From the IMG/VR virus record IMGVR_UViG_3300037419_001565: a stretch of 20,000 nucleotides of DNA. One strand, given 5' to 3'. Positions 8,264-15,646 of this stretch are shown in pieces. The stretch comes from an uncultured virus (IMG/VR IMGVR_UViG_3300037419_001565). Lineage: Duplodnaviria; Heunggongvirae; Uroviricota; Caudoviricetes. The position numbers were made by a program, and so were the translations under genes. Below the pieces are notes generated by a model that saw nothing but the letters and a program-made list of their open reading frames with translations, did no database searches and was not told the DNA's origin. Within the stretch, counting starts at the first letter, position 1; the number at the start of each line of letters is the position of its first letter.

Positions 8264-8293
8264 TTGACAAGGCAACATAAGGGGGAATATAAG
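8264..8293 (+). promoter_or_regulatory. Sigma70-type early promoter
   Basis: TTGACA 8264-8269, 18 nt, TATAAG; upstream of the first rightward gene. Confidence 0.6.
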
Positions 8294-8335
8294 TATCTCA
8301 GTAAGTGAGCAAACGGTAATGAAAGGACACAGCCA

Positions 8336-8497
8336 ATGAACCCTCAGGAACTACAACACGAACGGATCATGGCTTATGCCATTGGTGACATGCGAGCTGA
8401 CTGTGAAGAGTGCGGCAAGCCGTGCCCAGTACAGCTCAGCCGTTGCGCTGATTGTGCGGAAACAAGTTTTTCGTGCTGTGCGGATACAAGTAATTAA
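8336..8497 (+). CDS. Small Cys-rich protein (53 aa)
   Basis: Manual translation MNPQELQHERIMAYAIGDMRADCEECGKPCPVQLSRCADCAETSFSCCADTSN; GAAAGGA RBS. Confidence 0.6.
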   Translation: MNPQELQHERIMAYAIGDMRADCEECGKPCPVQLSRCADCAETSFSCCADTSN

Positions 8498-8556
8498 CCA
8501 GACCGAAACGCCCTTGGGCGTCCGCACGTTAAGCGTGCGCTGATGAGGTCAAAGAA

Positions 8557-8751
8557 ATGAAATGTCAAGAATGCAAAACACGGCGCACGAGACGCGGTGA
8601 GCGTATTTGTGATGGATGTGCGTCGAAGGGGTTGGATGTGACGTTGTTGAAGCTGTACGGCAAAGCGCTCAAAGCGTTTCCTAGTAGCCCCAAACAACAA
8701 GAGATTAACGGCGAGATCACAGCGCGACTAGCAGAGTTGGGGCGTGCATAA
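8557..8751 (+). CDS. Small zinc-finger-like protein
   Basis: CQEC...CDGC; GAGG RBS. Confidence 0.65.
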   Translation: MKCQECKTRRTRRGERICDGCASKGLDVTLLKLYGKALKAFPSSPKQQEINGEITARLAELGRA

Positions 8752-8940
8752 ATGACAGTTTCCCTGCTTTACATCACAGACAAAACAGGCAATCGCTTCT
8801 GGAAAACAACCGTCACCACTGATTACGCGCAAGGCGAACGGAACAACTTGCAGCAACGTCTTACGCAAATCAAGAATGGTAATCCCGCGTTTGCGTTCAT
8901 TGATTCAGAATCAGCGCAAATCGTAGAAGAAACTAACTAG
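8752..8940 (+). CDS. Hypothetical protein
   Basis: 62 aa, abuts the previous stop. Confidence 0.6.
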   Translation: MTVSLLYITDKTGNRFWKTTVTTDYAQGERNNLQQRLTQIKNGNPAFAFIDSESAQIVEETN

Positions 8941-9023
8941 CAGCCCACCAGCTGTAAACTACAACCCACCGCTTAGGCGGTCCAATAAATCGAGCGGGCA
9001 GCTCGTTAAACACGGAGACAAAT

Positions 9024-9752
9024 ATGAGCTATAACGGATGGTCAAATCGCGCAACCTGGAATGTTTCACTCTGGCTTAGCAACGATGAACCCCTCTACCA
9101 CGAATTACAGTCTGTGATTCGTCGCGCCTCAGACGTTGAAGATCTTGCAGAGAAAATCGAGGAACTGGCCAAAGCAGTATGGCCGAACGGCAAGACTCCC
9201 GATGGTGACAAGATCGCTGATGCCGATTTCGCGGAAATTGCCGAATCTGAGTGGCGCGACTCTGATCGCGCCGGGGAGGATGCCGACAAAGATGATCCCA
9301 GCGAAGCCACACGTCAAAACATTAAGACTTTTGCCGAGTCCAACGGATTACTCTTTACCGCGCATCGCGTGAACGAGCGTCCCGATGGATTAGGCGCAAG
9401 CATGACGCGGCATTTCCGCTGCTCGATCATCAACCAAAACAACGGCAAGGCAATGAGCCTGTATTTCTCGCAAGGCTCGGCACATGTGAAAGCACCAACG
9501 CTAGAGGATGTGTTGGATTGCCTCGCGTCTGATGCGGCTAGCATTGAAAATTCAAAACCCTCAGACGAACATCCAAGAGCCATTTACAGCGACACGGCTT
9601 TTGAGAATTGGGCTACTGAATTTGGCTATGATCCCGACAGTCGCAAAGCTGAGAAAATGTATAAGGCCACTCGACGACAAGCCGAACAACTCAAACGCAC
9701 CATCGGACCAGAGGCTTACGATCAACTGCTCTGGCATACCGAGCGGCTTTAA
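9024..9752 (+). CDS. Conserved phage hypothetical protein, apparent two-domain fusion
   Basis: N-terminal YNGWSNRATWNVSLWLSNDE and C-terminal PTLEDVLDCLASDA...FENWATEFGYDPDSRKA motifs recalled from phage early proteins; GGAG RBS. Confidence 0.8.
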   Translation: MSYNGWSNRATWNVSLWLSNDEPLYHELQSVIRRASDVEDLAEKIEELAKAVWPNGKTPDGDKIADADFAEIAESEWRDSDRAGEDADKDDPSEATRQNIKTFAESNGLLFTAHRVNERPDGLGASMTRHFRCSIINQNNGKAMSLYFSQGSAHVKAPTLEDVLDCLASDAASIENSKPSDEHPRAIYSDTAFENWATEFGYDPDSRKAEKMYKATRRQAEQLKRTIGPEAYDQLLWHTERL

Positions 9753-9775
9753 CATCTCCCATAAAACCTTTCAAT
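9753..9775 (-). repeat. Dispersed motif copy 6
   Basis: Reverse complement ATTGAAAGG-TTTTAT-GGGAGATG. Confidence 0.92.
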
Positions 9776-9776
9776 T

Positions 9777-9805
9777 AAAGCCCCAGCTCCCCCGGCTGGG
9801 GTTTT
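9777..9805 (+). terminator. Rho-independent terminator
   Basis: CCCCAGC/GCTGGGG stem, 7-nt loop, TTTT tail. Confidence 0.75.
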
Positions 9806-9843
9806 GCGCTTACGCGCACAAGTGAAAATAAAAGGGAGGATAT

Positions 9844-9877
9844 GTGAAGTCGATTAGGTGTTTGGAGAGTCTAACTA
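9844..9877 (+). promoter_or_regulatory. ECF-sigma-like promoter, copy 4
   Basis: GTGAAGTC-N17-GTCTAACTA upstream of the RHH gene at 9915. Confidence 0.7.
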
Positions 9878-9914
9878 TATGTAGGACTAAAATTCCATAT
9901 AGCAGGCTCTATAA

Positions 9915-10223
9915 ATGAAACCCAACAAATCACTATTACGTGCATTCACCATTCCCCCTGAAATCAGCAATGCCCTAGATCAAATGGCCGCAAGCGACGG
10001 GCAAAACAAATCCGCCTGGATCACACACCTGATTAAACAGGAACAGGACCGGCGCACCGAAGATCCTAAAGACATCGGCCAATACACATTCACACTCCCA
10101 TATCTCGCCATCCAAGACCTAGACACCCTGGTTCGGGCGTACAAATCTGACCGATCTACGATGGTGCAAATAGCCATCATGGAAGAGATGAACCGTTTCC
10201 TGCTCAAAAAGCAAGGTCGCTGA
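9915..10223 (+). CDS. Tandem ribbon-helix-helix (CopG/Arc-like) DNA-binding protein
   Basis: Two RHH-like units: RAFTIPPEISNALDQMAASDGQNKSAWITHLI and YTFTLPYLAIQDLDTLVRAYKSDRSTMVQIAI. Confidence 0.75.
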   Translation: MKPNKSLLRAFTIPPEISNALDQMAASDGQNKSAWITHLIKQEQDRRTEDPKDIGQYTFTLPYLAIQDLDTLVRAYKSDRSTMVQIAIMEEMNRFLLKKQGR

Positions 10224-10370
10224 GGTCTCTTAATCTCTCTTAAACCCCCTCTTCTTTTCTAGAAAAAAGAACAAAAATTGACGATATATAAGAGAAGCGA
10301 GGGAGTGTTACGTGGAATCAACAACTTAGAGACATAAAACAAGGAAAATAACTTTAAGCTTTACGTACAA

Positions 10371-10446
10371 TTTCGGTAGATTCTACCTACAATCTACCGA
10401 AAACATACCGAAATTCTACCGAAATCTTCGGTAGATTTTACCGAAA
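10371..10446. repeat. Array of six (TC)TACCGAA(A) boxes, direct and inverted
   Basis: Boxes at 10371-10380 (-), 10393-10402, 10406-10413, 10415-10424, 10427-10435 (-), 10439-10446. Confidence 0.9.
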
Positions 10447-10450
10447 CGAA

Positions 10451-10939
10451 ATGGCTCAAAAAGAAAAACTAACCCTTAATCTCACTTCCGAAACCGTCAA
10501 CCAACTACGCCAGCTCGCGGAGATGGATCAAAAATCTATGTCCGGCTGGATCGTGGATGTGATTGTGCGAGAAGCACGCGAACGCAACGTGCAGGCTATT
10601 AAGCTTGACCTGAAAAAGAGCAAGATTGACAAAGCCAACAATCCGAACCCAGCCGGTCGCCAGGGTATGACCAAACAGGATAAGTGGGGCAAAGAACGCG
10701 CAGAGAATATCCACCAATGGCTCAAAGACCAACATGAGATGTGGGGGAAAGATAATCCCGAACTATACGAACGCGATTACAAGCCTTACGGCGAGTGGGT
10801 GGATCTCATGGAGCGCAAGCGCAACTACCGCGCCATTTTCGACTTCTGGGAGACACGACCGCTCCAAAAAGAGAACCGGCCCAAGTCGCTAGCCTTTGTC
10901 CTTCAACAACTTAGCGAACTTGGACAAAATCCCTCTTAA
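10451..10939 (+). CDS. Protein with N-terminal ribbon-helix-helix domain
   Basis: KLTLNLTSETVNQLRQLAEMDQKSMSGWIVDVIVRE fits the RHH pattern; C-terminal domain unknown. Confidence 0.75.
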   Translation: MAQKEKLTLNLTSETVNQLRQLAEMDQKSMSGWIVDVIVREARERNVQAIKLDLKKSKIDKANNPNPAGRQGMTKQDKWGKERAENIHQWLKDQHEMWGKDNPELYERDYKPYGEWVDLMERKRNYRAIFDFWETRPLQKENRPKSLAFVLQQLSELGQNPS

Positions 10940-10965
10940 AATCCTCCTTATCCTGCATTTTTCTC

Positions 10966-10995
10966 TTGACAACGGGCTACGCCCGAGCGTAATGT
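10966..10995 (+). promoter_or_regulatory. Sigma70-type promoter with a palindrome in the spacer
   Basis: TTGACA-18 nt-TAATGT; spacer contains CGGGC-TAC-GCCCG (10973-10985). Confidence 0.6.
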
Positions 10996-11029
10996 TTGCA
11001 TCTAACAGGGAGAATAAGGGGGAAGATAA

Positions 11030-11320
11030 ATGACAAGCACAGTACAAGATGCCGTGACGCTGAGCCGCAAAGAACTGCAAACGCTTTTCTACCCAGGACG
11101 AGAGATTCGCCTTGTGTCGTGCTTACTCGGTGGCGTGTCGCCCGACAATCAATATCGCAAGGTATTAGAGCAAAAATCGTTTGGCTACATCATGCAAAAG
11201 GCAAGCGGCTCAAAGAGCTGGCTACGCTTCGAGACCGGCGACACCATCACTTTCTGTGACGCCTTGGTTTCGATCATCAGCAAAACAGGTGAATTGCAAG
11301 CACAGTACAGCCTCGCATAA
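11030..11320 (+). CDS. Hypothetical protein
   Basis: 96 aa, AGGGGG RBS. Confidence 0.7.
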   Translation: MTSTVQDAVTLSRKELQTLFYPGREIRLVSCLLGGVSPDNQYRKVLEQKSFGYIMQKASGSKSWLRFETGDTITFCDALVSIISKTGELQAQYSLA

Positions 11321-11334
11321 AGGAGCAAACTCAC

Positions 11335-11475
11335 ATGTCCAATCTCTTCGCAACCCTCTACATCTACCGCTGCGGCACCACTTTGAAGGGATCGCAGAGG
11401 GTGAATCATTATCGTTCGCGCCTGAGTGGGCAGCATTGGGCTGTGAGGGAACTTGGCGGTTTCTGTCTGATTTGA
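11335..11475 (+). CDS. Small hypothetical protein (46 aa)
   Basis: AAGGAG RBS; MSNLFATLYIYRCGTTLKGSQRVNHYRSRLSGQHWAVRELGGFCLI; its stop lies inside the dispersed motif. Confidence 0.55.
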   Translation: MSNLFATLYIYRCGTTLKGSQRVNHYRSRLSGQHWAVRELGGFCLI

Positions 11476-11500
11476 GATTGAAAGGTTTTATGGGAGATGA
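11472..11500 (+). repeat. Dispersed motif copy 7
   Basis: TTGAGATTGAAAGG-TTTTAT-GGGAGATGA. Confidence 0.92.
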
Positions 11501-11706
11501 ATATGCCACACGAAAAATACGAGCCTGACTTCAGCGGCGAAGATTGCTTCATCAACTATTACGAATGCCCGCGCTGCCACGAAAAATGGACGGACACTTG
11601 GAGCTGCCAAGCAGATGACGACTGCCCAAAGTGTGGCTTCCGGCACGTTTCGCCGTATGACTCTGAGGACATTCTTAACCGCGAGGATCAGGAGAACGAA
11701 TCTTAA
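11497..11706 (+). CDS. Small zinc-ribbon protein
   Basis: YYECPRCHEKWTDTWSCQADDDCPKCG; start may be ATG 11503 using the GGGAG of the motif as RBS. Confidence 0.75.
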   Translation: MNMPHEKYEPDFSGEDCFINYYECPRCHEKWTDTWSCQADDDCPKCGFRHVSPYDSEDILNREDQENES

Positions 11707-11709
11707 CCA

Positions 11710-11733
11710 TCATCTCCCCGAAAAACCTTTCAG
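11710..11733 (-). repeat. Dispersed motif copy 8
   Basis: Reverse complement CTGAAAGG-TTTTTCG-GGGAGATGA. Confidence 0.9.
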
Positions 11734-11751
11734 CCACCGCACGGGCCACGA

Positions 11752-12528
11752 ATGTCACACATGAATAAGGACATCACAGTGAACTACATCTCAGCAATCC
11801 AGTCAGCCATCAAAGCCAAAGCGCCCATCGTGGGCTTGCCGGTCCCTGGCGCGAGGCCGTTTCCCGTCAAACGCGACCTATTACGCGATGGACTTAAAGG
11901 TTTGCGTATAACGGAAGCGTCGATTCAGGAACCTTTAATCCCTAGCGCCTCTCGCGTGTTGATCGTCTACGCGGTTTCTGATCGTGTGAAAGCAAGGCGC
12001 GTGTTTTATCCCTTCGCAAAGGATGGCCGCCGCTCTATCTGTCAGACACAACACAAGTGGACCGAAGCGGAACGTGAAAAACAAGCTAAGAAGCGTGTTA
12101 CGCCAAAGTTTTCTAACCCACGCGAGCGCAAAATACATCAGTTAAAAGAAGCAATCAAAAAGCATGATTCGCGTTACATCAGTCGGAACATATGGTGGTT
12201 ACGGCAAAGACCGTGGAACGCGAAACCCCACGAGTTCACGGACGGGGATCGCGCGGCATTCCTAGTGTGGCGAAACGAAAAGCCGATTCGCCGTAAGCTT
12301 GGTAAAGAGTACTTCCTACCTCTGGTAAATCGGACTGACGGCATCTCGATAGGTCGCAACCCGGCAAAGTGGATCGGGGAGTGGGGCTATCGGCAAGCGG
12401 AGTGGAAGCCCGCGCACGAACGATATTACTACTTGCGTAGTGAAAAGCGGGTCGAGTTGAAGGCACAATTGGCTGCAGTTGAAGGCATCTTAACATCACT
12501 CGATAACAGGGAGGATAAAGCAGCATGA
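11752..12528 (+). CDS. Basic hypothetical protein
   Basis: 258 aa ORF, Arg/Lys-rich; ATGA overlap with the next gene. Confidence 0.7.
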   Translation: MSHMNKDITVNYISAIQSAIKAKAPIVGLPVPGARPFPVKRDLLRDGLKGLRITEASIQEPLIPSASRVLIVYAVSDRVKARRVFYPFAKDGRRSICQTQHKWTEAEREKQAKKRVTPKFSNPRERKIHQLKEAIKKHDSRYISRNIWWLRQRPWNAKPHEFTDGDRAAFLVWRNEKPIRRKLGKEYFLPLVNRTDGISIGRNPAKWIGEWGYRQAEWKPAHERYYYLRSEKRVELKAQLAAVEGILTSLDNREDKAA

Positions 12529-12770
12529 CCCACCCAGACCTCACCTTCACCGGCCTAGCCGGTCTCTACACCCTCCACGCCAAAACCGCCGAGGGAGCAC
12601 AGTGGATCAACGATCACGTCCCGTTCGAACCCTGGCAAGGGGATATTCGCAAGGGCGTGGCGATTGAGGGGAGTTATCGCGCCCAGGAGATCGCGGACGC
12701 CGCTATCGCGGATAAGCTCACGGTTGAGGTGAATGGGAGGGTTTATCAGGGAGCGTTAGCTAGCAGATAA
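12525..12770 (+). CDS. Hypothetical phage protein
   Basis: 81 aa, GGAGG RBS, ATGA coupling. Confidence 0.7.
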   Translation: MTHPDLTFTGLAGLYTLHAKTAEGAQWINDHVPFEPWQGDIRKGVAIEGSYRAQEIADAAIADKLTVEVNGRVYQGALASR

Positions 12771-12800
12771 TCATCTCCCTCAAAAACCTTTCCATCTCAA
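12771..12800 (-). repeat. Dispersed motif copy 9
   Basis: Reverse complement TTGAGATGGAAAGG-TTTTTGA-GGGAGATGA. Confidence 0.92.
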
Positions 12801-12827
12801 TTTCTCACGTATAACAGGGAAAATAAG

Positions 12828-12856
12828 TTGACAAGCACGAGGGAAGATGCGAGACT
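12828..12856 (+). promoter_or_regulatory. Possible sigma70-type promoter
   Basis: TTGACA-17 nt-GAGACT with TG extended -10. Confidence 0.45.
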
Positions 12857-12941
12857 TAAAGAGTGATCTAAAGCACGGTCTGTGCAAACGCGAAGAGTGG
12901 GAGAGCTAGTCGGCTTACGGCGAGGAGGAGAGGAGCAGTAG

Positions 12942-13142
12942 ATGGCATTCACTGTCGAAGTAAACGGAAAGACTTTCATCGTTAATACGAACGTGACGCA
13001 CGAAGGCAAGGAATACAGATACGAGTTCAACGGTTTGAGTTGCAATCGCCTGGACTGGATTGCTGAACGAATCGCTGACCAGGTTCATGACGACATCCTC
13101 AAAAAACTTGTGCTGGCAGAAGCAGACGAGGTGCAGGCATGA
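12942..13142 (+). CDS. Hypothetical protein
   Basis: 66 aa, AGGAG RBS. Confidence 0.65.
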   Translation: MAFTVEVNGKTFIVNTNVTHEGKEYRYEFNGLSCNRLDWIAERIADQVHDDILKKLVLAEADEVQA

Positions 13143-13348
13143 GCGCAGGAAAGCACACGGCAACACCGGCCAGGAGCAAGTCGTTTATTCGTCGTTTGCG
13201 CGAGCGAGGTGCTAAGGACGCGCAAGCTGGCAAGCCCATTGATGCGTTTTACAAGCTGCCTTATGACCGGCATTACGAGTGGATGCGTGCCGCTTACGAA
13301 GTCGGATGGCGTGACGCAATCGCCGCCGCAAAGGAGCAGACCCGATGA
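13139..13348 (+). CDS. Ribosome modulation factor (Rmf/CrpP)-like small protein
   Basis: RERGAKDAQAGKP...PY...AAYEVGWRDA resembles the RMF pattern RGY.AG..G....PY....WL.GWREA. Confidence 0.45.
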   Translation: MSAGKHTATPARSKSFIRRLRERGAKDAQAGKPIDAFYKLPYDRHYEWMRAAYEVGWRDAIAAAKEQTR

Positions 13349-13608
13349 GCGCCAGCCGCAAGCCACGCAAGTTGTCGGAAGTTGAGGCGCAGAACATGTG
13401 CGACGAGTTCAACTCGAAACATCCCGAAGGGACGCAGGTTCGCTTTTGGTCGGGAGTCCGCGAAGGAGACGGCCAAATCGGAACCGTGAGCTATGGAGCG
13501 CACCCTATCGGGAACATCCCCGGCGTGTATGTCGAGGATCGCGGATTCATCGCCATGACACACATTGAAGTTTTGCCGCAGGAGGCCGCCGATGAGCGCC
13601 GACGCTAA
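13345..13608 (+). CDS. Hypothetical protein (possible SH3-like barrel)
   Basis: 87 aa, FNSKHPEGTQVRF...GVYVE; ATGA coupling. Confidence 0.65.
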   Translation: MSASRKPRKLSEVEAQNMCDEFNSKHPEGTQVRFWSGVREGDGQIGTVSYGAHPIGNIPGVYVEDRGFIAMTHIEVLPQEAADERRR

Positions 13609-14116
13609 GCCCACCCCCGTAGCCCCAACGTTGATGGCTCCAGGACACACGCCGGAAGGATTGGGAATCGCCGCAGCGCGGCGACTGTACTCCCTAGGCA
13701 AGCTCCTCCACGGCACAGGCCGTGATGACGAAATCGTAGCCGAAGCAGCAGACGTGATTGACGCCATCGCCGCCCTCGGTGAGCCGCCAGCCGCGCCAGC
13801 GCAGCTAGAGCGTGACAAGTTCGGCGAGTTGCCCTATGCGGAAGTTCTCGACCGGCTTACTCCGCTGATTCATAACCAGGAGTTTGCGAAGGCCGCCGAC
13901 ATTCTGCGCGAGGTCGCAAACTCAAAGCTCTACAAATCGAACTGGTTGTGTGGTTGTTATGTGTGTGGCAAGGCAGCACAACCGAAGGAGCGGCATCATG
14001 TGTTGTTCTGTGAAGAGCACTTCAGAGAAATCACAAATCGCTTCCGTCTAGACTTCACCGCCGCCCCCTCAGGGACAGGAGAGGCCGCAGCGCCCGCCCA
14101 GGAGGAGACCCGATGA
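13592..14116 (+). CDS. Hypothetical protein with C-terminal zinc-finger-like motif
   Basis: ATG 13592 after GGAGG; CYVCG...FCEEH. Confidence 0.65.
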   Translation: MSADAKPTPVAPTLMAPGHTPEGLGIAAARRLYSLGKLLHGTGRDDEIVAEAADVIDAIAALGEPPAAPAQLERDKFGELPYAEVLDRLTPLIHNQEFAKAADILREVANSKLYKSNWLCGCYVCGKAAQPKERHHVLFCEEHFREITNRFRLDFTAAPSGTGEAAAPAQEETR

Positions 14117-14271
14117 ACAACCTACACACAGGCTCAATCCTGGACGACCTACTGGATGTGGTTGAGATGTGCGAACGCTTACATGATCCCGCGTTGGCAG
14201 AACGCAATCGCCAGAGGCGAGAGCAGGAGATAGACGACAAGCTGGCCGTCACCACGGCGAGGAGGGGATAG
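14113..14271 (+). CDS. Small hypothetical protein (52 aa)
   Basis: GGAGG RBS, ATGA overlap; MNNLHTGSILDDLLDVVEMCERLHDPALAERNRQRREQEIDDKLAVTTARRG. Confidence 0.6.
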   Translation: MNNLHTGSILDDLLDVVEMCERLHDPALAERNRQRREQEIDDKLAVTTARRG

Positions 14272-14472
14272 ATGGGCGAGACAACGCTTGAGAAGTTGCA
14301 GAAGCAGTTGAAGCAGGCTGAGTCCGAATTGGATTCAGCGAAGCAAAACTTGGCCGATACAAAGCGGGAGCTTCAACAGATGGAAAACGAGTACCGCGCA
14401 TCGCTGACGCGAGTTTATCAACTACGTGCTTCGGTAATCGCAAACGGCGGAGACCTTGGAATCGCGGAGTAG
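14272..14472 (+). CDS. Coiled-coil protein
   Basis: 66 aa with heptad pattern LEKLQKQLKQAESELDSAKQNL. Confidence 0.7.
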   Translation: MGETTLEKLQKQLKQAESELDSAKQNLADTKRELQQMENEYRASLTRVYQLRASVIANGGDLGIAE

Positions 14473-14505
14473 GCGGCCCCACAACCTAGGAGGAGGACAG
14501 AGAGC

Positions 14506-14898
14506 ATGACGATGAAACTGAGTGAAGCGATTTTGTTAGGTGACGTTCTCAAAAAGGGAACGAATGATGCATGGATTTCAGAAGACGGTTCCTGCGGGTG
14601 TGCTTTCGGTGGTGCGCTGCTAGCTGCTGGTATCACCGCTCAGCAGTTCCGTTACGAGATGCGAGGCTGCCGGTCAGCAGACGAACCGGGATGCGTCAAG
14701 CAGCGTTGGCCTTGGTTGACCGAAGAACACCTCATCAAAATCACCGGACTGTATGACCGCGTAATGAAGCAGTGCGGAACCATTGAACAGGTCGCCGACT
14801 ACGTCCGCTCCATCGAACCGGCAGAGCCGACGCAAGCACCCTCCCACGCAGAGACCTTCCAGGATCTGGAAGCCGATGTCGATGTGGGCCAGCGATGA
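14506..14898 (+). CDS. Hypothetical phage protein
   Basis: 130 aa, AGGAGG RBS, KLSEAILLG...CGCAFGGAL. Confidence 0.75.
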   Translation: MTMKLSEAILLGDVLKKGTNDAWISEDGSCGCAFGGALLAAGITAQQFRYEMRGCRSADEPGCVKQRWPWLTEEHLIKITGLYDRVMKQCGTIEQVADYVRSIEPAEPTQAPSHAETFQDLEADVDVGQR

Positions 14899-14993
14899 AG
14901 CCCTCCACTATTCGCGCAGCCTTGGTAGCCATTGGTGCCGAGTTAGGAGTGACGCTGTTTTGGTTTGCATTTGTGAAGTTGGCGTTGCGGTAG
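14895..14993 (+). CDS. Small membrane peptide (32 aa)
   Basis: ATGA overlap; MKPSTIRAALVAIGAELGVTLFWFAFVKLALR. Confidence 0.5.
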   Translation: MKPSTIRAALVAIGAELGVTLFWFAFVKLALR

Positions 14994-15026
14994 GAAGCTA
15001 GTCGGCTTACGCCGAAGGAGAAAGTG

Positions 15027-15251
15027 ATGGCAAACAACAAGATGTCTCCGCAAGAAGCGGTTGATGACTTCAACAAAATTTGTCTCCTTGAACGGGACAA
15101 CTTCGATTTGAGTAAGGCCGCCTATATCGGGCTTGAAGAAGGTGGCCTGTATTTCGGCAAGAACTCTGAGTCGATTTGCCTAACGAAAAAAGAGTTTGAA
15201 GCAGCGTGGCAATGGTACACGGCCAAGCAAGAACTATCGGGCAGCCGATAG
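15027..15251 (+). CDS. Hypothetical protein
   Basis: AAGGAG RBS; GTG at 15024 or ATG at 15027. Confidence 0.65.
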   Translation: MANNKMSPQEAVDDFNKICLLERDNFDLSKAAYIGLEEGGLYFGKNSESICLTKKEFEAAWQWYTAKQELSGSR

Positions 15252-15304
15252 CGTCCAGAGATCGGAACAACCGCAGAGCGAGTGAGCGGGGAGAGGAGAA
15301 GGAT

Positions 15305-15424
15305 ATGGCAGCACGGATTTGGTTGTTTTTGAGAATTGTCTACAGAACTGACTGGACTGGCGGTCGGCTATCGCCGAGCGATGCGTGGGAGATTTCGGCC
15401 ATCGTTCACGGAGTGCGCCCATGA
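15305..15424 (+). CDS. Small hypothetical protein (39 aa)
   Basis: AGGAG RBS; MAARIWLFLRIVYRTDWTGGRLSPSDAWEISAIVHGVRP; ATGA coupling to the next gene. Confidence 0.55.
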   Translation: MAARIWLFLRIVYRTDWTGGRLSPSDAWEISAIVHGVRP

Positions 15425-15627
15425 CCACCCTAGCGACGATCCTCGACAGGACGAGGGATCTACTTCTCGGCTGCACACATTCAAATGTTTCCTGGCCTCA
15501 AGGCAGGGGAGCCGATTGTCACATCAACTGCAACCAATGCGGGAAGCGTTTTCGTTATGACTGGCGGACGATGAGGACCATAGATCATCTCCCCAAAAAC
15601 CTTTCAAGTATGCAGGAATGGCAATAG
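15421..15627 (+). CDS. Small Cys/His zinc-binding protein
   Basis: LLGCTH..SWP....CNQCGKRFRYDWRTM; GGAG RBS. Confidence 0.65.
   Translation: MTTLATILDRTRDLLLGCTHSNVSWPQGRGADCHINCNQCGKRFRYDWRTMRTIDHLPKNLSSMQEWQ
15585..15607 (-). repeat. Dispersed motif copy 10
   Basis: Reverse complement TTGAAAGG-TTTTTG-GGGAGATGA; inside the 3' end of CDS 15421..15627. Confidence 0.9.
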
Positions 15628-15646
15628 AGGGGGGCAGGAGACGTAC

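Noticed and set aside
14051..14059. GACTTCACC, a -35 box of the ECF-like promoter on the minus strand
   Set aside because: No GTCTAA box 17 nt downstream; lies inside a CDS.
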